Origin: an uncultured Chromatiales bacterium
GTDB taxonomy: Bacteria > Pseudomonadota > Gammaproteobacteria > SZUA-140
DNA: 64,000 nucleotides
Assembly (NCBI GenBank): GCA_964388175.1
Contig: CAYLYS010000004.1
Location: 2,347-66,346 of the forward strand
Direction: 5' to 3'
Under the pieces are notes generated by a model. The model was not told the origin of the DNA and made no database searches. It was given only the letters and a program-made list of their open reading frames with translations. Shown piece after piece: positions 23,671 through 34,344 of this stretch (positions within the stretch are counted from its first letter, which is position 1; each line of letters begins with the position of its first letter). The position numbers were made by a program, and so were the translations under genes.

Positions 23671-24777
23671 TCACAGCCCCAGGTTGAAACGATGGATGAT
23701 ACCGGCGGAAACGGTGCTGACATCCTTGCCCGACGCTGCCGGACGAATCACGCTGCCGGCATCGTCATGATCGGGATGCAGGGCATAGCCGGACTGATCA
23801 TCATTCAGCAGGGTCGCGCCGATCAGATAGAACTCCGTGCGCGGCGACATCGCATAGGAAAACCCGAGCGCCACCATCTGCGCGCCGCTGTCGGGACGCT
23901 GATCCAGTTCGCCCAACTGACCATAGGCCAGCTTCCAGGTGAAATTGCCTGCCACATGCGACAGGCTGCCGTACCAGGCATCGCGCTCGCCATCACCGCC
24001 GGCAAGGCGGCTGCCGTTGTCGGCCTGCTCCCAGATCAGCGCGGCGCGCGTGCCCTGGCCGAAATCCCAGCCGAACACCGCTTTCGTCGCCGAGGCATCA
24101 CGCTGATCGACGGCTTCGACCTGGCCCAGCTTTTCATAACCGATACCGAGATACAGCGGGCCGCTGACGAAGGCCAGCGTGGCGCTGTAACCGTTGAGAT
24201 CGGAAGCCTCGTCCGTACGCGGCAGTTCGTCGCGCTCACGGTCGGCGATGTAGGCGAGCGCGAAACGGATGCGCCTCTGCTCCGGCGTGGCATAGTACAG
24301 AATGTTCCGCGCCCGCTCATTGAACAGCGACTGTCCGTCGACGGCGCCGACGATGGCGCTGTGATCGGCACGGGTATTGCGGAAGATATCCAACTCGTCG
24401 CTCAGCGCGCGATAAGGCGTGACGTGACGCCCGGCCAGCAGCACGCCGAGACTGCCCTCGAGCCCGAGGAAACTGTCACGCCCCTCTTCACTCCAGGCGC
24501 CATCGTCGAGATCGACGCCCTGCTCGAACTGCCAGATGACGGAAAGCCGGTCGCGCAGACGCTCGCTGCCACGCAAACCGATGAACGACTTGTTGCTGCT
24601 CACCAGCAAAGCGTATTTTTTGACCGGCTCCTCTCCCGCAAGCGCATCGCCGTTGCCGATGACATCCACCGAGACGTGCGCCGTGCCATAGAGCTCGATC
24701 GCACTCTGTGCCGCTCCCGGCAGCGTGAGCGCCGCGATTGCCAGACACCATATCGGCGCTTTGGAATTCATATTCAC
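23671..24777 (-). CDS. General porin (Gram-negative trimeric porin family)
   Basis: Signal peptide LAIAALTLPGAAQSA, 16-strand-porin-like amphipathic pattern and C-terminal ...HRFNLGL. Confidence 0.7.
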   Translation of the reverse strand: MNMNSKAPIWCLAIAALTLPGAAQSAIELYGTAHVSVDVIGNGDALAGEEPVKKYALLVSSNKSFIGLRGSERLRDRLSVIWQFEQGVDLDDGAWSEEGRDSFLGLEGSLGVLLAGRHVTPYRALSDELDIFRNTRADHSAIVGAVDGQSLFNERARNILYYATPEQRRIRFALAYIADRERDELPRTDEASDLNGYSATLAFVSGPLYLGIGYEKLGQVEAVDQRDASATKAVFGWDFGQGTRAALIWEQADNGSRLAGGDGERDAWYGSLSHVAGNFTWKLAYGQLGELDQRPDSGAQMVALGFSYAMSPRTEFYLIGATLLNDDQSGYALHPDHDDAGSVIRPAASGKDVSTVSAGIIHRFNLGL

Positions 24778-24941
24778 TCCAGTCAGATAGCCAGGGGAAA
24801 GTAGTCAAGGGGGCAAGATACAAGATAGGCGACGCCGGACACAAGCCGGGATGCGGCCAGATGCGCGCAGGTCCCATACCGCCATAAAAAAAGCCGGGCA
24901 CGAGGCCCGGCTTTTCACTACAGGTACTACTTCGCGTCGGA

Positions 24942-25943
24942 TCAGAAACGAACCACGGCGCTGAGGATGACGGAGTCGTCGTCCGAGTTGGCACCAACGA
25001 GGATCGGATCGCCGAAGGGATCGAAGTCCAAACCGAACTCGCTGTCCAGGTTACGCCATTCCAGACGCAGATCCAGATTGCTGGTCGCCTGCCAGTTGGC
25101 ACCCACCGTGAACGCGGTCGTCTCCGCACCACCGTCGAGCTCCACCATGTCATAGCGCAGCGTCAGGCCGACGACATCGTTCAGCTTCAGCTTGGCACCC
25201 ACCGAGTAGGCGTTGTCCAGGACTTCCGAGGCGGTCAGGTAGTCCACGAAGAACGTGGTGGCGACCGAGCCCAGATCCAGGGTGTAGTCGGCGTTGAAGT
25301 TGATCAGGTTCTCGAAGCCCGCATCCTGGGTCAGGACACCGAGGGCCAGGTTCAGGCCGGGGACGGCTTCACCGCGGACATGGGCGAGGAAAGAGTTTTC
25401 TTCATCCACGCCACCGATGTCGTTCAGCGCCGCCACGGTGATCTTGGCCGGACCGGCGTTCAGGCCGACCGCGACACCTTCGATGTTGTTCTGGTACAGC
25501 TCGGTCGAGAAATCCAGCACTTCGGAGATCAGGCTGCGGCTGTAGGTGCTCTTGTTCGGGGCATCCTGCTTCTCGTAACCCAGCGGGTTGTTGAAGCGAC
25601 CGATCTTGACCGTGGCCAGATCGTTGACGCGCCAGGCACCGAACATCTGCTCGATCTCGACCGTCTCTTCGCCAGGGCTGTAACGGCTGTTCAGATCCAG
25701 ATCGATGCGGCCATAGAGATCGTCGGCAATCTTGGCACCGAAGCTCACTTCGCCTTCGGTGTGGAACTTGCGCTCAGTCTCGTTGACGCCACCGGCTTCG
25801 CCGGCATCGTCGGTAATATAGAAGGAGGTTTCAGCGTGACCGTTGACGCTCAGGCCAATCTTGTTGTCATCGCCGTGAGCGAAGGCGGCGCCGCTGGCAC
25901 CGAAAGCGCTGGCAACGGCCAGAACTAGAAGTCGCTTGTTCAT
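24942..25943 (-). CDS. General porin, second copy
   Basis: Signal peptide MNKRLLVLAVASAFGASGAAFA and C-terminal ...SAVVRF. The porin-like composition is distantly similar to the neighbouring porin. Confidence 0.7.
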   Translation of the reverse strand: MNKRLLVLAVASAFGASGAAFAHGDDNKIGLSVNGHAETSFYITDDAGEAGGVNETERKFHTEGEVSFGAKIADDLYGRIDLDLNSRYSPGEETVEIEQMFGAWRVNDLATVKIGRFNNPLGYEKQDAPNKSTYSRSLISEVLDFSTELYQNNIEGVAVGLNAGPAKITVAALNDIGGVDEENSFLAHVRGEAVPGLNLALGVLTQDAGFENLINFNADYTLDLGSVATTFFVDYLTASEVLDNAYSVGAKLKLNDVVGLTLRYDMVELDGGAETTAFTVGANWQATSNLDLRLEWRNLDSEFGLDFDPFGDPILVGANSDDDSVILSAVVRF

Positions 25944-26255
25944 TCTGTTGTCTCTCCCTTGCACAAGGTTGTTATAGGCACGTTCTCATCAAACGTGCGG
26001 CATTTATATAACACGAGAGATAAATATGCAACACTATTTTGCCATTCATTTCAGCTTATTAAGATTGTTTTTGCAAAAATACAACAGCAGTTGTGCGCAA
26101 GATGCAAAAAGCGTCACACCCCAAGATGTAGGGGGAAGCGACGCGGGAAGACGCAAGATGTACCAATGGGATGGGGTATCGGGCTTGCCGAAGCGGGCTA
26201 CGGAAACGAACAAGGCCCTGTCGCAGGGCCTTGTTCGTTGTCGTCACATGTATTT

Positions 26256-26328
26256 GGCTGGGGGACTAGGATTCGAACCTAGATTAACGGAGTCAGAGTC
26301 CGTTGTCCTACCATTGGACGATCCCCCA
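26256..26328 (-). tRNA. tRNA-Gln (anticodon CUG), 3' CCA encoded
   Basis: Manual fold of the reverse complement: 7-bp acceptor stem UGGGGGA/UCCCCCA, anticodon loop CUCUGAC, T-arm GGTTCGAATCC and terminal GCCA. Confidence 0.85.
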
Positions 26329-26418
26329 AGTTCGTCGAAACGAGATTGCAGGAGGAAAGGGAAAGCCAGACCTCGAACGAACGGGAACGCGCCGCAGCGC
26401 CGCTCCCGTTCGCCTGCA

Positions 26419-26808
26419 TCAGCGCTTCGAGTACTGCGGACGCTTTCTGGCCTTGTGCAGACCGACCTTCTTGCGCTCGACGATGCGCGCATCGCGGGTC
26501 AGGTAACCGTGCTGGCGCAGCGCCTTCTTCTTGGTCTCGTCATAGGCCAGGATGGCACGCGCCAGACCGTGGCGGATGGCGCCGGCCTGACCGCTGGTGC
26601 CGCCGCCGCGGACGGTCACATTGACGTCGATCTGGCCGCCGAGATCGGTCGTCTGCAACGGCTGGCGCACGATCATGCGCGCCGTCTCACGTCCGAAATA
26701 GATGTCCAGCGGACGCCCGTTGACAATGATATTACCGGCGCCGCGGGTGACGAAAACGCGCGCGGTGGAGCTTTTGCGGCGTCCTGTGGTGCAGATGGTC
26801 TGCGTCAT
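26419..26808 (-). CDS. rpsI: 30S ribosomal protein S9
   Basis: 129 aa ending ...[11 protein letters not shown]. Highly conserved S9. Confidence 0.9.
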   Translation of the reverse strand: MTQTICTTGRRKSSTARVFVTRGAGNIIVNGRPLDIYFGRETARMIVRQPLQTTDLGGQIDVNVTVRGGGTSGQAGAIRHGLARAILAYDETKKKALRQHGYLTRDARIVERKKVGLHKARKRPQYSKR

Positions 26809-26826
26809 CTCGATCTATCCTGCTTT

Positions 26827-27255
26827 TTAGATTTCCAGGGTCTTCGGCTGCTGGGCGGCATGCTCGTGCGTGCCGTTGGCATACACGCGCAGCTTGCGGA
26901 ACATATCCCGCCCCAGCGGATTCTTCGGCAGCATGCCCTTGACGGCCAGTTCGATGATGCGCTCGGGCTGCCGCTCCAGCATCTCCTCGAAGCGCGTGGC
27001 GCGCATGTTACCGATATAGCCGGTGTGCTGATAATAGGTCTTGTCCAGAACCTTGTTGCCGCTGACGCGGACCTGGGCGGCGTTGACCACGACGATGTAG
27101 TCGCCCGTATCCACGTTCGGGGTGTATTCGGCCTTGTGCTTGCCGCGCAGGCGCTTGGCGATCTCGCTGGCGAGACGGCCGAGGGTCTTGCCGGCCGCAT
27201 CCACCACGTACCAGTCACGCTTGACGGTTTCCGGTTTGGCGCTGAAGGATTTCAT
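26827..27255 (-). CDS. rplM: 50S ribosomal protein L13
   Basis: [33 protein letters not shown]... Conserved L13. Start at an internal Met of the ORF. Confidence 0.9.
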   Translation of the reverse strand: MKSFSAKPETVKRDWYVVDAAGKTLGRLASEIAKRLRGKHKAEYTPNVDTGDYIVVVNAAQVRVSGNKVLDKTYYQHTGYIGNMRATRFEEMLERQPERIIELAVKGMLPKNPLGRDMFRKLRVYANGTHEHAAQQPKTLEI

Positions 27256-27367
27256 CGTACTGAAACCTCGAAAAAACACGGGTTGCGAGGGGTTGCCCCC
27301 ATCCAAAGAGCGAGGATTCTACAGAATCGGCGGCCGCTAGGCAAGAAGGACAGCCTCCCGGGCGGGC

Positions 27368-27724
27368 TCAGATCTGCAAGCGCTCGACGACCCGGCCGCC
27401 GATTAGGTGTTCGGCGACGATCTCGTCCACGTCGCGCTCATCGCGATAGCTGTACCACACGCCCTCGGGATAAACGACGATCACCGGCCCCTGCCCGCAG
27501 CGGCCCAGACAGCCGGCCATATTGACCCGGACGCCATCCCGCCCCGCCAGCCCCAGCTCCTTGACCCGGGCCTTGGCGTAATCGCGCAGGCGGCGGGCAC
27601 CATGATCCTCGCAGCAGGCACGGCCGTCCTCGCGCTGATTGGTGCAGAAAAAAATGTGGCGGCGGTAAAACACCCGACGAAGATACAAGAGAAAAGGCGC
27701 CGGATACAAGAGAACGGGCGGCAT
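27368..27724 (-). CDS. Thioredoxin-like [2Fe-2S] ferredoxin (start uncertain)
   Basis: Cys pattern HIFFCTNQR...ACCEDHGA...MAGCLGRCGQGP...VVYPEGVWY, typical of NuoE-like 2Fe-2S ferredoxins. Confidence 0.5.
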   Translation of the reverse strand: MPPVLLYPAPFLLYLRRVFYRRHIFFCTNQREDGRACCEDHGARRLRDYAKARVKELGLAGRDGVRVNMAGCLGRCGQGPVIVVYPEGVWYSYRDERDVDEIVAEHLIGGRVVERLQI

Positions 27725-27740
27725 CCTGTATCCTGATGAC

Positions 27741-29048
27741 TTGTACGCGATCCCGCGCGCAGCTACGCTGTGCCCCTGGAAACGGTCCCGCTCCTTGAAT
27801 CTTCGCCAATCGATAAAATCCGAAGCCGATCTCTGCGTCAAATGCGGCCTGTGCCTGCCGCACTGCCCGACCTACGGCATCAGCCGCGACGAGGGCGAAT
27901 CCCCGCGCGGACGGATCGCACTGATGCAGGCGCTGGCCGATGACGCACTGCCCCCCGGCGGCCGCCTGGATTTCCACCTCGACCGCTGTCTCGGCTGCCG
28001 CGCCTGCGAACGGGCCTGCCCGTCGCGGGTGGAATACGGACGCCTGTTGGAAGCGGGCCGGGCGCTGGCCGCCGAACGGCGCGGGGCCCGCCGCCCCCCG
28101 CTGACGCTCCGATTCCTCGCCGCCGGCGGACTTGCCCGCGCCGCCACCGTATTGCGCCTGTATCAGCGCAGCGGTCTGCAAAAGCTGATGCAAGGCTCAC
28201 GCCTGCTGTCGCTGCTCGGGCTGGAGCGGATGGACCGTCTGCTGCCGCCGCTGCCGCCGCGCACACGCCTGCGCGCCCACTATCGCCACATTGCCGCCGA
28301 CAAGCGTGGCGACGTCGCGCTGTTCACCGGCTGCATGGGCAACGTGCTGGAACAGGATGCATTGCAGGCCGCCATCAGGCTGTTGACGATCGGCGGTTAC
28401 GACGTGCACGTGCCGCGCGCCCAGGCCTGCTGCGGCGCCTTGCACCGCCACGCCGGCGATCTCGCCGGCGCGGAAGCGCTGGCGCGACGCAACCTGGAAA
28501 CATTCAATGCGCTGCCGGGAGCGACGCCGGTCTACACCGCGAGCGGTTGCGGCGCGGCGCTGTCGGAATACGCGCGCTGGCCAGGCGTCGGCAATGCGCC
28601 GCTGGCGGCATTCTCCACTGCGCCGAGCGATCTGTGCAGCCTGCTAGAAGGCGTCGACTGGCCGGATACAGTGTCCTTCCAGCCGCCGCCGACACGGGTC
28701 GCCGTGCACGACCCCTGCTCGCTGCGCAACGTGCTGCGTACGCACGAAGCGCCTTACCGTTTGCTGCGCCGCTGCATGCCAGGCCTCGACCTGGTCGCGC
28801 TCGACGGCAATGCGCGTTGCTGCGGCGGCGCCGGCGCCTATCTGCTGAACCAGCCCGACATGGCCGACAGGCTGCGCACCGACAAAATCGAAGCGCTGCG
28901 GCGCTCGGGCGCGGGCATCGTCCTCAGCTCCAACACGGGGTGCGCCATGCAACTGGGCGCCGCGGCGCGCGCGGCGGGACTCGACATCACGGTCATGCAT
29001 CCGGTCACGCTGCTCGCGCGCCAACTGCATACGGACCGAAGGGACTGA
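27741..29048 (+). CDS. (Fe-S)-binding protein with two CCG domains, GlcF/heterodisulfide-reductase-D-like
   Basis: N-terminal 2x[4Fe-4S] motifs (CVKCGLCLPHCP; CLGCRACERACP) and C-terminal CCG motifs (CCGALH; CCGGAGAY). Confidence 0.7.
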   Translation: MYAIPRAATLCPWKRSRSLNLRQSIKSEADLCVKCGLCLPHCPTYGISRDEGESPRGRIALMQALADDALPPGGRLDFHLDRCLGCRACERACPSRVEYGRLLEAGRALAAERRGARRPPLTLRFLAAGGLARAATVLRLYQRSGLQKLMQGSRLLSLLGLERMDRLLPPLPPRTRLRAHYRHIAADKRGDVALFTGCMGNVLEQDALQAAIRLLTIGGYDVHVPRAQACCGALHRHAGDLAGAEALARRNLETFNALPGATPVYTASGCGAALSEYARWPGVGNAPLAAFSTAPSDLCSLLEGVDWPDTVSFQPPPTRVAVHDPCSLRNVLRTHEAPYRLLRRCMPGLDLVALDGNARCCGGAGAYLLNQPDMADRLRTDKIEALRRSGAGIVLSSNTGCAMQLGAAARAAGLDITVMHPVTLLARQLHTDRRD

Positions 29049-29102
29049 CTGGGCCGACAAGACTGAAAGGGATCGGTGCGCAACGCGCACGGAGGGAAGC
29101 GG

Positions 29103-29756
29103 CTAGACCCGATAAGCGGTATGAGTCATCACCTTGGACACCAGCCGCATCAAGCCGCGCAGCGGCGCGGGCAGCGGCGCGGCGCCCGCCTCCAGCGCCA
29201 CCGTGCCGTGATGCATTTCATCTTCCTTCATCTGCTGCAAGATCGCGCGACTGCGGCCATCCGCGGCGGGCAGGCGGGACAGATGGCCGCCCAGGTGCTC
29301 GACCACCTGGCGCTCGGTTTCGACGATGAAGCCCAGACTCCACTTATCGCCAGTCCAGCCGGCCAGCGCGCCGATGGCGAAAGAACCGGCGTACCAGACG
29401 GGATTGAGGACGCTGGTGCGGCCACCGAGTTCATCGATGCGCTGCGCGCACCAGCGCAGGTGATCATTCTCCTCCAGCGCCGCCTGCTCCATCTTATCGC
29501 GCACACCGGGCAACCGGGCCGTCAACGCCTGCCCCTGATAAAGCGCCTGCGCGGAAACCTCGCCCGCGTGATTGACGCGCATCAGCCGCGCCACCTCGCG
29601 GCTCTCCTCCGCGCCCAGCTCGGCGTGCGGATGCGCGGCGGCGGGATAGTCGCGACCGGACACCGGCGGCCGGCCGAAGACGGTGCGCACGCCGCGGTCG
29701 AGGCCGACCAGAATGCGGTCGGCCAGACTGTAGCGGCGCAGCTCCGCATCGCTCAT
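29103..29756 (-). CDS. coq7: Demethoxyubiquinone hydroxylase Coq7 (di-iron)
   Basis: Di-iron carboxylate motifs (HAGEVSAQALYQGQ; ENDHLRWC; ETERQVVEHL). 217 aa. Confidence 0.8.
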   Translation of the reverse strand: MSDAELRRYSLADRILVGLDRGVRTVFGRPPVSGRDYPAAAHPHAELGAEESREVARLMRVNHAGEVSAQALYQGQALTARLPGVRDKMEQAALEENDHLRWCAQRIDELGGRTSVLNPVWYAGSFAIGALAGWTGDKWSLGFIVETERQVVEHLGGHLSRLPAADGRSRAILQQMKEDEMHHGTVALEAGAAPLPAPLRGLMRLVSKVMTHTAYRV

Positions 29757-29763
29757 GGCCGGA

Positions 29764-30570
29764 TCACACCTTCCTCAGGTTGCGACCGTAGAAGATCTCG
29801 CTCATCTCGCGCTGCAGCTGACGCTTGATCTGTCGCTGCTCGGTCTCATCGAGATCCTTCTTGCCGGTGCCGAACAGATAATTATCGAGATCGAATTCCT
29901 TCAGGATCATCTTGCTGTGAAAGATGTTCTCCTGATAGACGTTGACGTCGATGATCTGATAGCGGTCACGCGTATCCTTCGACAGATAGTTCTGGATCGA
30001 ATTGATCTTGTGATCGATGTAATGCTTCTTGCCCTTGACGTCACGGGTAAAACCGCGCACGCGATAATCCATCGTGACGATATCCGATTCGAAACTGTGA
30101 ATCAGATAGTTCAGCGCGCGCAGCGGCGAAACCCGGCCGCAGGTCGCCACGTCGATATCGACGCGGAACGTGCTGATGCCGTTGTCCGGGTGACTCTCGG
30201 GATAGGTATGCACCGAGAGATGGCTCTTGTCGAGATGCGCCAGGACAACATCGGGCAGCGGTCCCGGCACTTCCGCATCCGCACCCTCGATGGCACCTGC
30301 AACCGGCTCCTCGGCGATCAACATGGTCACACTCGCGCCCTGCGGATCGTAATCCTGGTGCGCGATGTTGAGTATGGTGGCGCCGATGATCTCGGAAACG
30401 TTGGTGAGAATCTGCGTCAGGCGCTCGGCATTGTAGGCCTCATCGATGTATTCGATGTACTCGCGTCTGTGCCGCGCGGTCTTCGCGTAGCAGATATCGT
30501 AGATGTTAAAGCTGAGGCTCTTGGTGAGATTGTTGAAGCCGTGCAATCTCAATTTTCTTCGTTTCGACAT
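29764..30570 (-). CDS. speD: S-adenosylmethionine decarboxylase proenzyme (SpeD type)
   Basis: [26 protein letters not shown]... and the conserved cleavage region ...AEEPV. Near-collinear with enterobacterial SpeD. Confidence 0.85.
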   Translation of the reverse strand: MSKRRKLRLHGFNNLTKSLSFNIYDICYAKTARHRREYIEYIDEAYNAERLTQILTNVSEIIGATILNIAHQDYDPQGASVTMLIAEEPVAGAIEGADAEVPGPLPDVVLAHLDKSHLSVHTYPESHPDNGISTFRVDIDVATCGRVSPLRALNYLIHSFESDIVTMDYRVRGFTRDVKGKKHYIDHKINSIQNYLSKDTRDRYQIIDVNVYQENIFHSKMILKEFDLDNYLFGTGKKDLDETEQRQIKRQLQREMSEIFYGRNLRKV

Positions 30571-30662
30571 CGTACATAAAGCCTCTCGGCAGCGTGACAA
30601 AGGCGCATATCCTAGCATACCTGCCAACCGCGCATCACCACCCGGAACGGGGCGGCGGACGG

Positions 30663-31043
30663 TCAGCGGGACAACTGCCCGGCCAGCGGCGGGTGATGGA
30701 TCATCTGCACGGTATTGCCGTCCGGATCACGGCAGTAGAAGCTGCGGGCGCCGTCGCGGTGGGTACGCGGCGGGGCGCCCACCGCGACGCCGTGGGCGCT
30801 CAGGAAACGGTACCAGTCATCGACCGCCCGGGCGTCGTCCAGCACAAAGCCGATGTGATCAAGCCGTTGAAAATCCGACGGTTGAAAACCGTCGGCGGCG
30901 CGATGCAGCGCCAGATTGTCCACGCCCGAACTGAGATAGACATTATCCGGATCCGGGCGCCACTCCACCGCCATGCCCAGCAGCTCGACGTAGAAGTGCT
31001 CGGTCCGCTCGAACTCCGTGACGGTGAGCGCGACATGGCGCAT
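30663..31043 (-). CDS. VOC/glyoxalase-family protein
   Basis: [24 protein letters not shown]...HIGFVLDD...[12 protein letters not shown]. Start at an internal Met of the ORF. Confidence 0.6.
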   Translation of the reverse strand: MRHVALTVTEFERTEHFYVELLGMAVEWRPDPDNVYLSSGVDNLALHRAADGFQPSDFQRLDHIGFVLDDARAVDDWYRFLSAHGVAVGAPPRTHRDGARSFYCRDPDGNTVQMIHHPPLAGQLSR

Positions 31044-31089
31044 GCCGGCGGTGGGAGCCGGCCGGCCCGCAGCGGTGCCGTCAGCCGCG

Positions 31090-31524
31090 TCAGGCGCTGT
31101 CATCGGCGGCAGGCACGATCTCGTAGTCGTGGGTGATCTCGACCCCCGCCCGGCCCAGCATGATCGAGGCCGAGCAGTACTTTTCCGCGGAGAGCGCGAT
31201 CGCACGCTGCACCGCGCTGTCGCTCACGCCATTGCCGCGCACGATGAAATGAATATGGATGCGGATGAATACGCGCGGCGGCTCCGGCGCCCGCTCGGCC
31301 TCTATTTCCGCCACGCAGTCTTCCACCGGCTGGCGCGATTTCTTCAGAATCTGCACCACATCGTAAGCGGTGCAGCCGCCGGCACCGATCAGCATCAGCT
31401 CCATCGGCCGCACGCCCATGTTCCGTCCGCCGCCGTCGGCAGGGCCGTCGATCACCACGGGATGTCCGCTATCGGACTCGCCGATGAACTGCACCCCTTC
31501 GATCCACTTCACACGCGCCTTCAT
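31090..31524 (-). CDS. OsmC/Ohr-family peroxiredoxin-like protein
   Basis: 144 aa with two conserved Cys (GAGGCTAYD; KYCSAS). Confidence 0.75.
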   Translation of the reverse strand: MKARVKWIEGVQFIGESDSGHPVVIDGPADGGGRNMGVRPMELMLIGAGGCTAYDVVQILKKSRQPVEDCVAEIEAERAPEPPRVFIRIHIHFIVRGNGVSDSAVQRAIALSAEKYCSASIMLGRAGVEITHDYEIVPAADDSA

Positions 31525-31615
31525 TAAACTTCTTCCCCGCTATACCGATAACCATTGCGAATCAACGCCTGCGGCGGCCTGCGCCGCCTCATCCGGGCGT
31601 ACGCGAGGAATTATC

Positions 31616-32254
31616 ATGACGCAATTACGGCGAAAAATCATCACTCCCACCGTCGAAAGATTCCTGGCGCACTGCCACCGCCGACGCTATCCCACCAAGA
31701 GCGTCATCATCTACCGAGGTGATGCGCCGACCTCTCTTTACTACATCGTAGAGGGTTCGGTGGCGGTGCTGCACGAGGACGACGACGGTCGGGAAATCGT
31801 TCTGGCCTACCTCAACGCCGGTGACTTCTTCGGCGAGATGGGCCTGTTCGATCGCAACAACTCCGGGCGCAGCGCCTGGGTGCGCTCGCGCACGCAATGC
31901 GAGCTGGCGGAAATCAATTATGACAAGTTCCGTCAGATGGCCGCGCAGTACCCCGACATCCTGTTCGAACTCGCCACGCAGATGGCGCTGCGGCTGCGCC
32001 GCACCAGCAGCATGGTGGGACGTCTGGCTTTCATGGACGTCGCCGGGCGCGTCGCACGCACGCTGCTCGAACTGTGCCAGCAACCGGATGCCATGACTCA
32101 TCCCGACGGCATGCAGATCCGCATCACCCGCCAGGAGCTCGGCCGCATCGTCGGCTGCTCGCGCGAAATGGTCGGCCGCGTGCTGAAGAATCTCGAAGCC
32201 CAGAACCTGATTTCCGTCAAAGGAAAAACCATCGTCGTCTTCGGCACGCGCTAG
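31616..32254 (+). CDS. crp: cAMP-receptor-protein family transcription regulator (Crp/Vfr)
   Basis: cNMP-binding ([21 protein letters not shown]...[10 protein letters not shown]) and an HTH ([31 protein letters not shown]) almost identical to the Crp/Vfr recognition helix. Confidence 0.85.
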   Translation: MTQLRRKIITPTVERFLAHCHRRRYPTKSVIIYRGDAPTSLYYIVEGSVAVLHEDDDGREIVLAYLNAGDFFGEMGLFDRNNSGRSAWVRSRTQCELAEINYDKFRQMAAQYPDILFELATQMALRLRRTSSMVGRLAFMDVAGRVARTLLELCQQPDAMTHPDGMQIRITRQELGRIVGCSREMVGRVLKNLEAQNLISVKGKTIVVFGTR

Positions 32255-32266
32255 CCGACCCGAACC

Positions 32267-33520
32267 ATGCAAAGGAATGCCCGGATGCATCACCGCAAGT
32301 CATCCCTCATCATCGCTGCCGGACTGCTGCTGGCGAGCACCGCCGGCGCCAGCCCCAACGGCACCGTGCTCGAACCCCGCGCGCTCGGCATGGGTGGCAC
32401 CGGCGTCGCCATCGCCAACGGCAGCGGTGCGCCATTGCTGAACCCGGCGCTGCTCGCCCTGCCCTCGTCCCGCGATCGCTTCAGCATCAGCCTGCCCATC
32501 GGCGGCAGAGCGCAGGATCCCGACGATCTGATCGACGCCATCGACGATTTCAACGCGCAGCAGCCGATATCGGCGTTCCGCGAAGCGGTGCGGGTTTATA
32601 CCGAAGTACAGAGTGCAAGCACAGCCGCGGAGGTCGCCACGCAGGGTGAAGCCCTGATGCAGCACTTCAGTGCGCTGTCGAACAAGGATCTGCAGGGAGA
32701 GGGTCTGGCGGCGCTGATCATCAGCAAGCCGGGACAGCGGCTGGGCGTCTCCGCCTTCGCCCGCGCCTACCTCAGTGGCGGCGCGGGCGCCCGCATCAGC
32801 GATGCCGATCTGTCGCTCACCCAGGATGCCATCGACGAGGCGCTGTCCTCACAGACCATCGTCGATCCGACGGGCGATTTCACCTCGGAGGTGAACATCC
32901 GCGCCGCCGGCATCGCCGAAGCCGGGCTGTCGTTCGCCACGCGGCTGGAGGCGCTCGCCGGCATCGCTGTCGGCGTCAGCCCGAAGTACGTTCAGGTCCG
33001 CACCTATGACTATGGCTTCGTCGGCAGCGATCTGGACGACGTCGAGATCGAATGGGGTGAGGGACAGCGTACCGACAGCAATTTCAACGTCGATGTCGGT
33101 ATCGCCAAGGAATGGGGCAACGGTTGGGTAACGGCGCTCGCCGCCCATAATCTGATCACGCAGGAATACCGCACCGTGCGCAACAACGTGGTGAAGATCA
33201 AGCCGCAGGCACGCCTCGGCATCGCCCGGCGCGGAGAAACGCTGACGCTGGCGCTCGATCTCGATCTCAACGAGAACGAACCCGTCGGCATCGGCAGCGC
33301 CAGCCGCTACGCCAGCGCCGGCATCGAACTGAACCTGCTGCACGCGCTGCAGCTGCGCGCCGGCTATCGCCACAATCTCAGTGATGTGCCGTCCAACCGG
33401 GAAACCGGCATGGCGTCGGTCGGTCTCGGCCTGTCGCTGTTCGGCGTACGCATGGATGCGGCCGTCGCCGGCAACAGCGATGAAGTGAACGCCGCGCTGC
33501 AACTCGGCTTCGGTTTCTGA
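32267..33520 (+). CDS. Outer-membrane beta-barrel transporter, FadL/TodX- or TraF-like
   Basis: Signal peptide, N-terminal glycine-rich NPA motif (GMGGTGVAIANGSGAPLLNPALLAL) and C-terminal ...LQLGFGF. Confidence 0.55.
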   Translation: MQRNARMHHRKSSLIIAAGLLLASTAGASPNGTVLEPRALGMGGTGVAIANGSGAPLLNPALLALPSSRDRFSISLPIGGRAQDPDDLIDAIDDFNAQQPISAFREAVRVYTEVQSASTAAEVATQGEALMQHFSALSNKDLQGEGLAALIISKPGQRLGVSAFARAYLSGGAGARISDADLSLTQDAIDEALSSQTIVDPTGDFTSEVNIRAAGIAEAGLSFATRLEALAGIAVGVSPKYVQVRTYDYGFVGSDLDDVEIEWGEGQRTDSNFNVDVGIAKEWGNGWVTALAAHNLITQEYRTVRNNVVKIKPQARLGIARRGETLTLALDLDLNENEPVGIGSASRYASAGIELNLLHALQLRAGYRHNLSDVPSNRETGMASVGLGLSLFGVRMDAAVAGNSDEVNAALQLGFGF

Positions 33521-33526
33521 AGTAGC

Positions 33527-34327
33527 TCAGTCCGCGAACAGGCCGGCCAGCGCCGCGCCCGGATCCCCGGCGCGCATGAACGCCTCGCCGACCAGAAAGA
33601 CATGAACACCGGCATCGCGCATGCGCGCCACGTCCGCCCGCGTGTGAATGCCGCTCTCGGTCACCAGCAGGCGGTCATCCGGAATCCGGTCGACGAGATC
33701 GAGCGTGGTTTCGAGCCGGGTATCGAAGGTGCGCAGATCGCGGTTATTGATGCCGATCAGCGGCGCGCCCAGCGTCAGCGCGCGCTCCAGCTCATCGGCA
33801 TCATGCACCTCCACCAGCACGCTCATGCCGAGATGCGCGGCCAGGCCCGCATACTCGACCAGTTGCGCATCGCCGAGCGCCGCCACGATCAGCAGAATGC
33901 AATCGGCACCGAGCAGGCGTGACTCGTAGACCTGATAGGCGTCGACCATGAAATCCTTGCGCAGCACGGGCAGGGCGCAGGCCGCACGGGCAAGGCGCAG
34001 GTGTTCATCATCGCCCTGGAAGTAGTCGCGATCGGTCAGCACGGAAAGACAGGCGGCGCCGTGCCGCTCATAAGACGCGGCAATGTCATCGGGACGGAAA
34101 TCGGTGCGCAGCAGACCGCGGCTGGGTGAAGCGCGCTTGATCTCGGCGATCACCGCCGCCTCGCCGGCGGCAAGCCGCGACGAGAGTGCGCCGAAGAAGT
34201 CCCGCGGCGGCGGCATGCCCGTCAGGCGCGCGCTCAGCTCCCGCAAGGGCAAAGCACCGCTGCGCTCGGTCACCTCTTCCGCTTTGCGGCGCAGAATGCG
34301 CCTGAGAATATCCGCAGAATCGCTCAT
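33527..34327 (-). CDS. trpC: Indole-3-glycerol phosphate synthase
   Basis: [11 protein letters not shown]...LRKDF...GINNRDL motifs. Confidence 0.85.
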   Translation of the reverse strand: MSDSADILRRILRRKAEEVTERSGALPLRELSARLTGMPPPRDFFGALSSRLAAGEAAVIAEIKRASPSRGLLRTDFRPDDIAASYERHGAACLSVLTDRDYFQGDDEHLRLARAACALPVLRKDFMVDAYQVYESRLLGADCILLIVAALGDAQLVEYAGLAAHLGMSVLVEVHDADELERALTLGAPLIGINNRDLRTFDTRLETTLDLVDRIPDDRLLVTESGIHTRADVARMRDAGVHVFLVGEAFMRAGDPGAALAGLFAD

Positions 34328-34344
34328 ATCGTCGTCGACACCGG

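Noticed and set aside
23436-23723. Alternative upstream ATG (MKSNNASKS...) immediately after the GAGGGGGAT Shine-Dalgarno in the tetraheme leader
   Set aside because: Different frame from the CxxCH-containing protein. It yields a 40-aa basic peptide with no features and a 3-nt SD spacing. Spurious.
32267-33520. Calling the OMP next to crp a conjugative TraF, i.e. evidence of an integrated conjugative element
   Set aside because: No other transfer genes nearby. The N-terminal NPA/glycine motif fits FadL/TodX-type substrate channels equally well. Treated as a stand-alone OM transporter.
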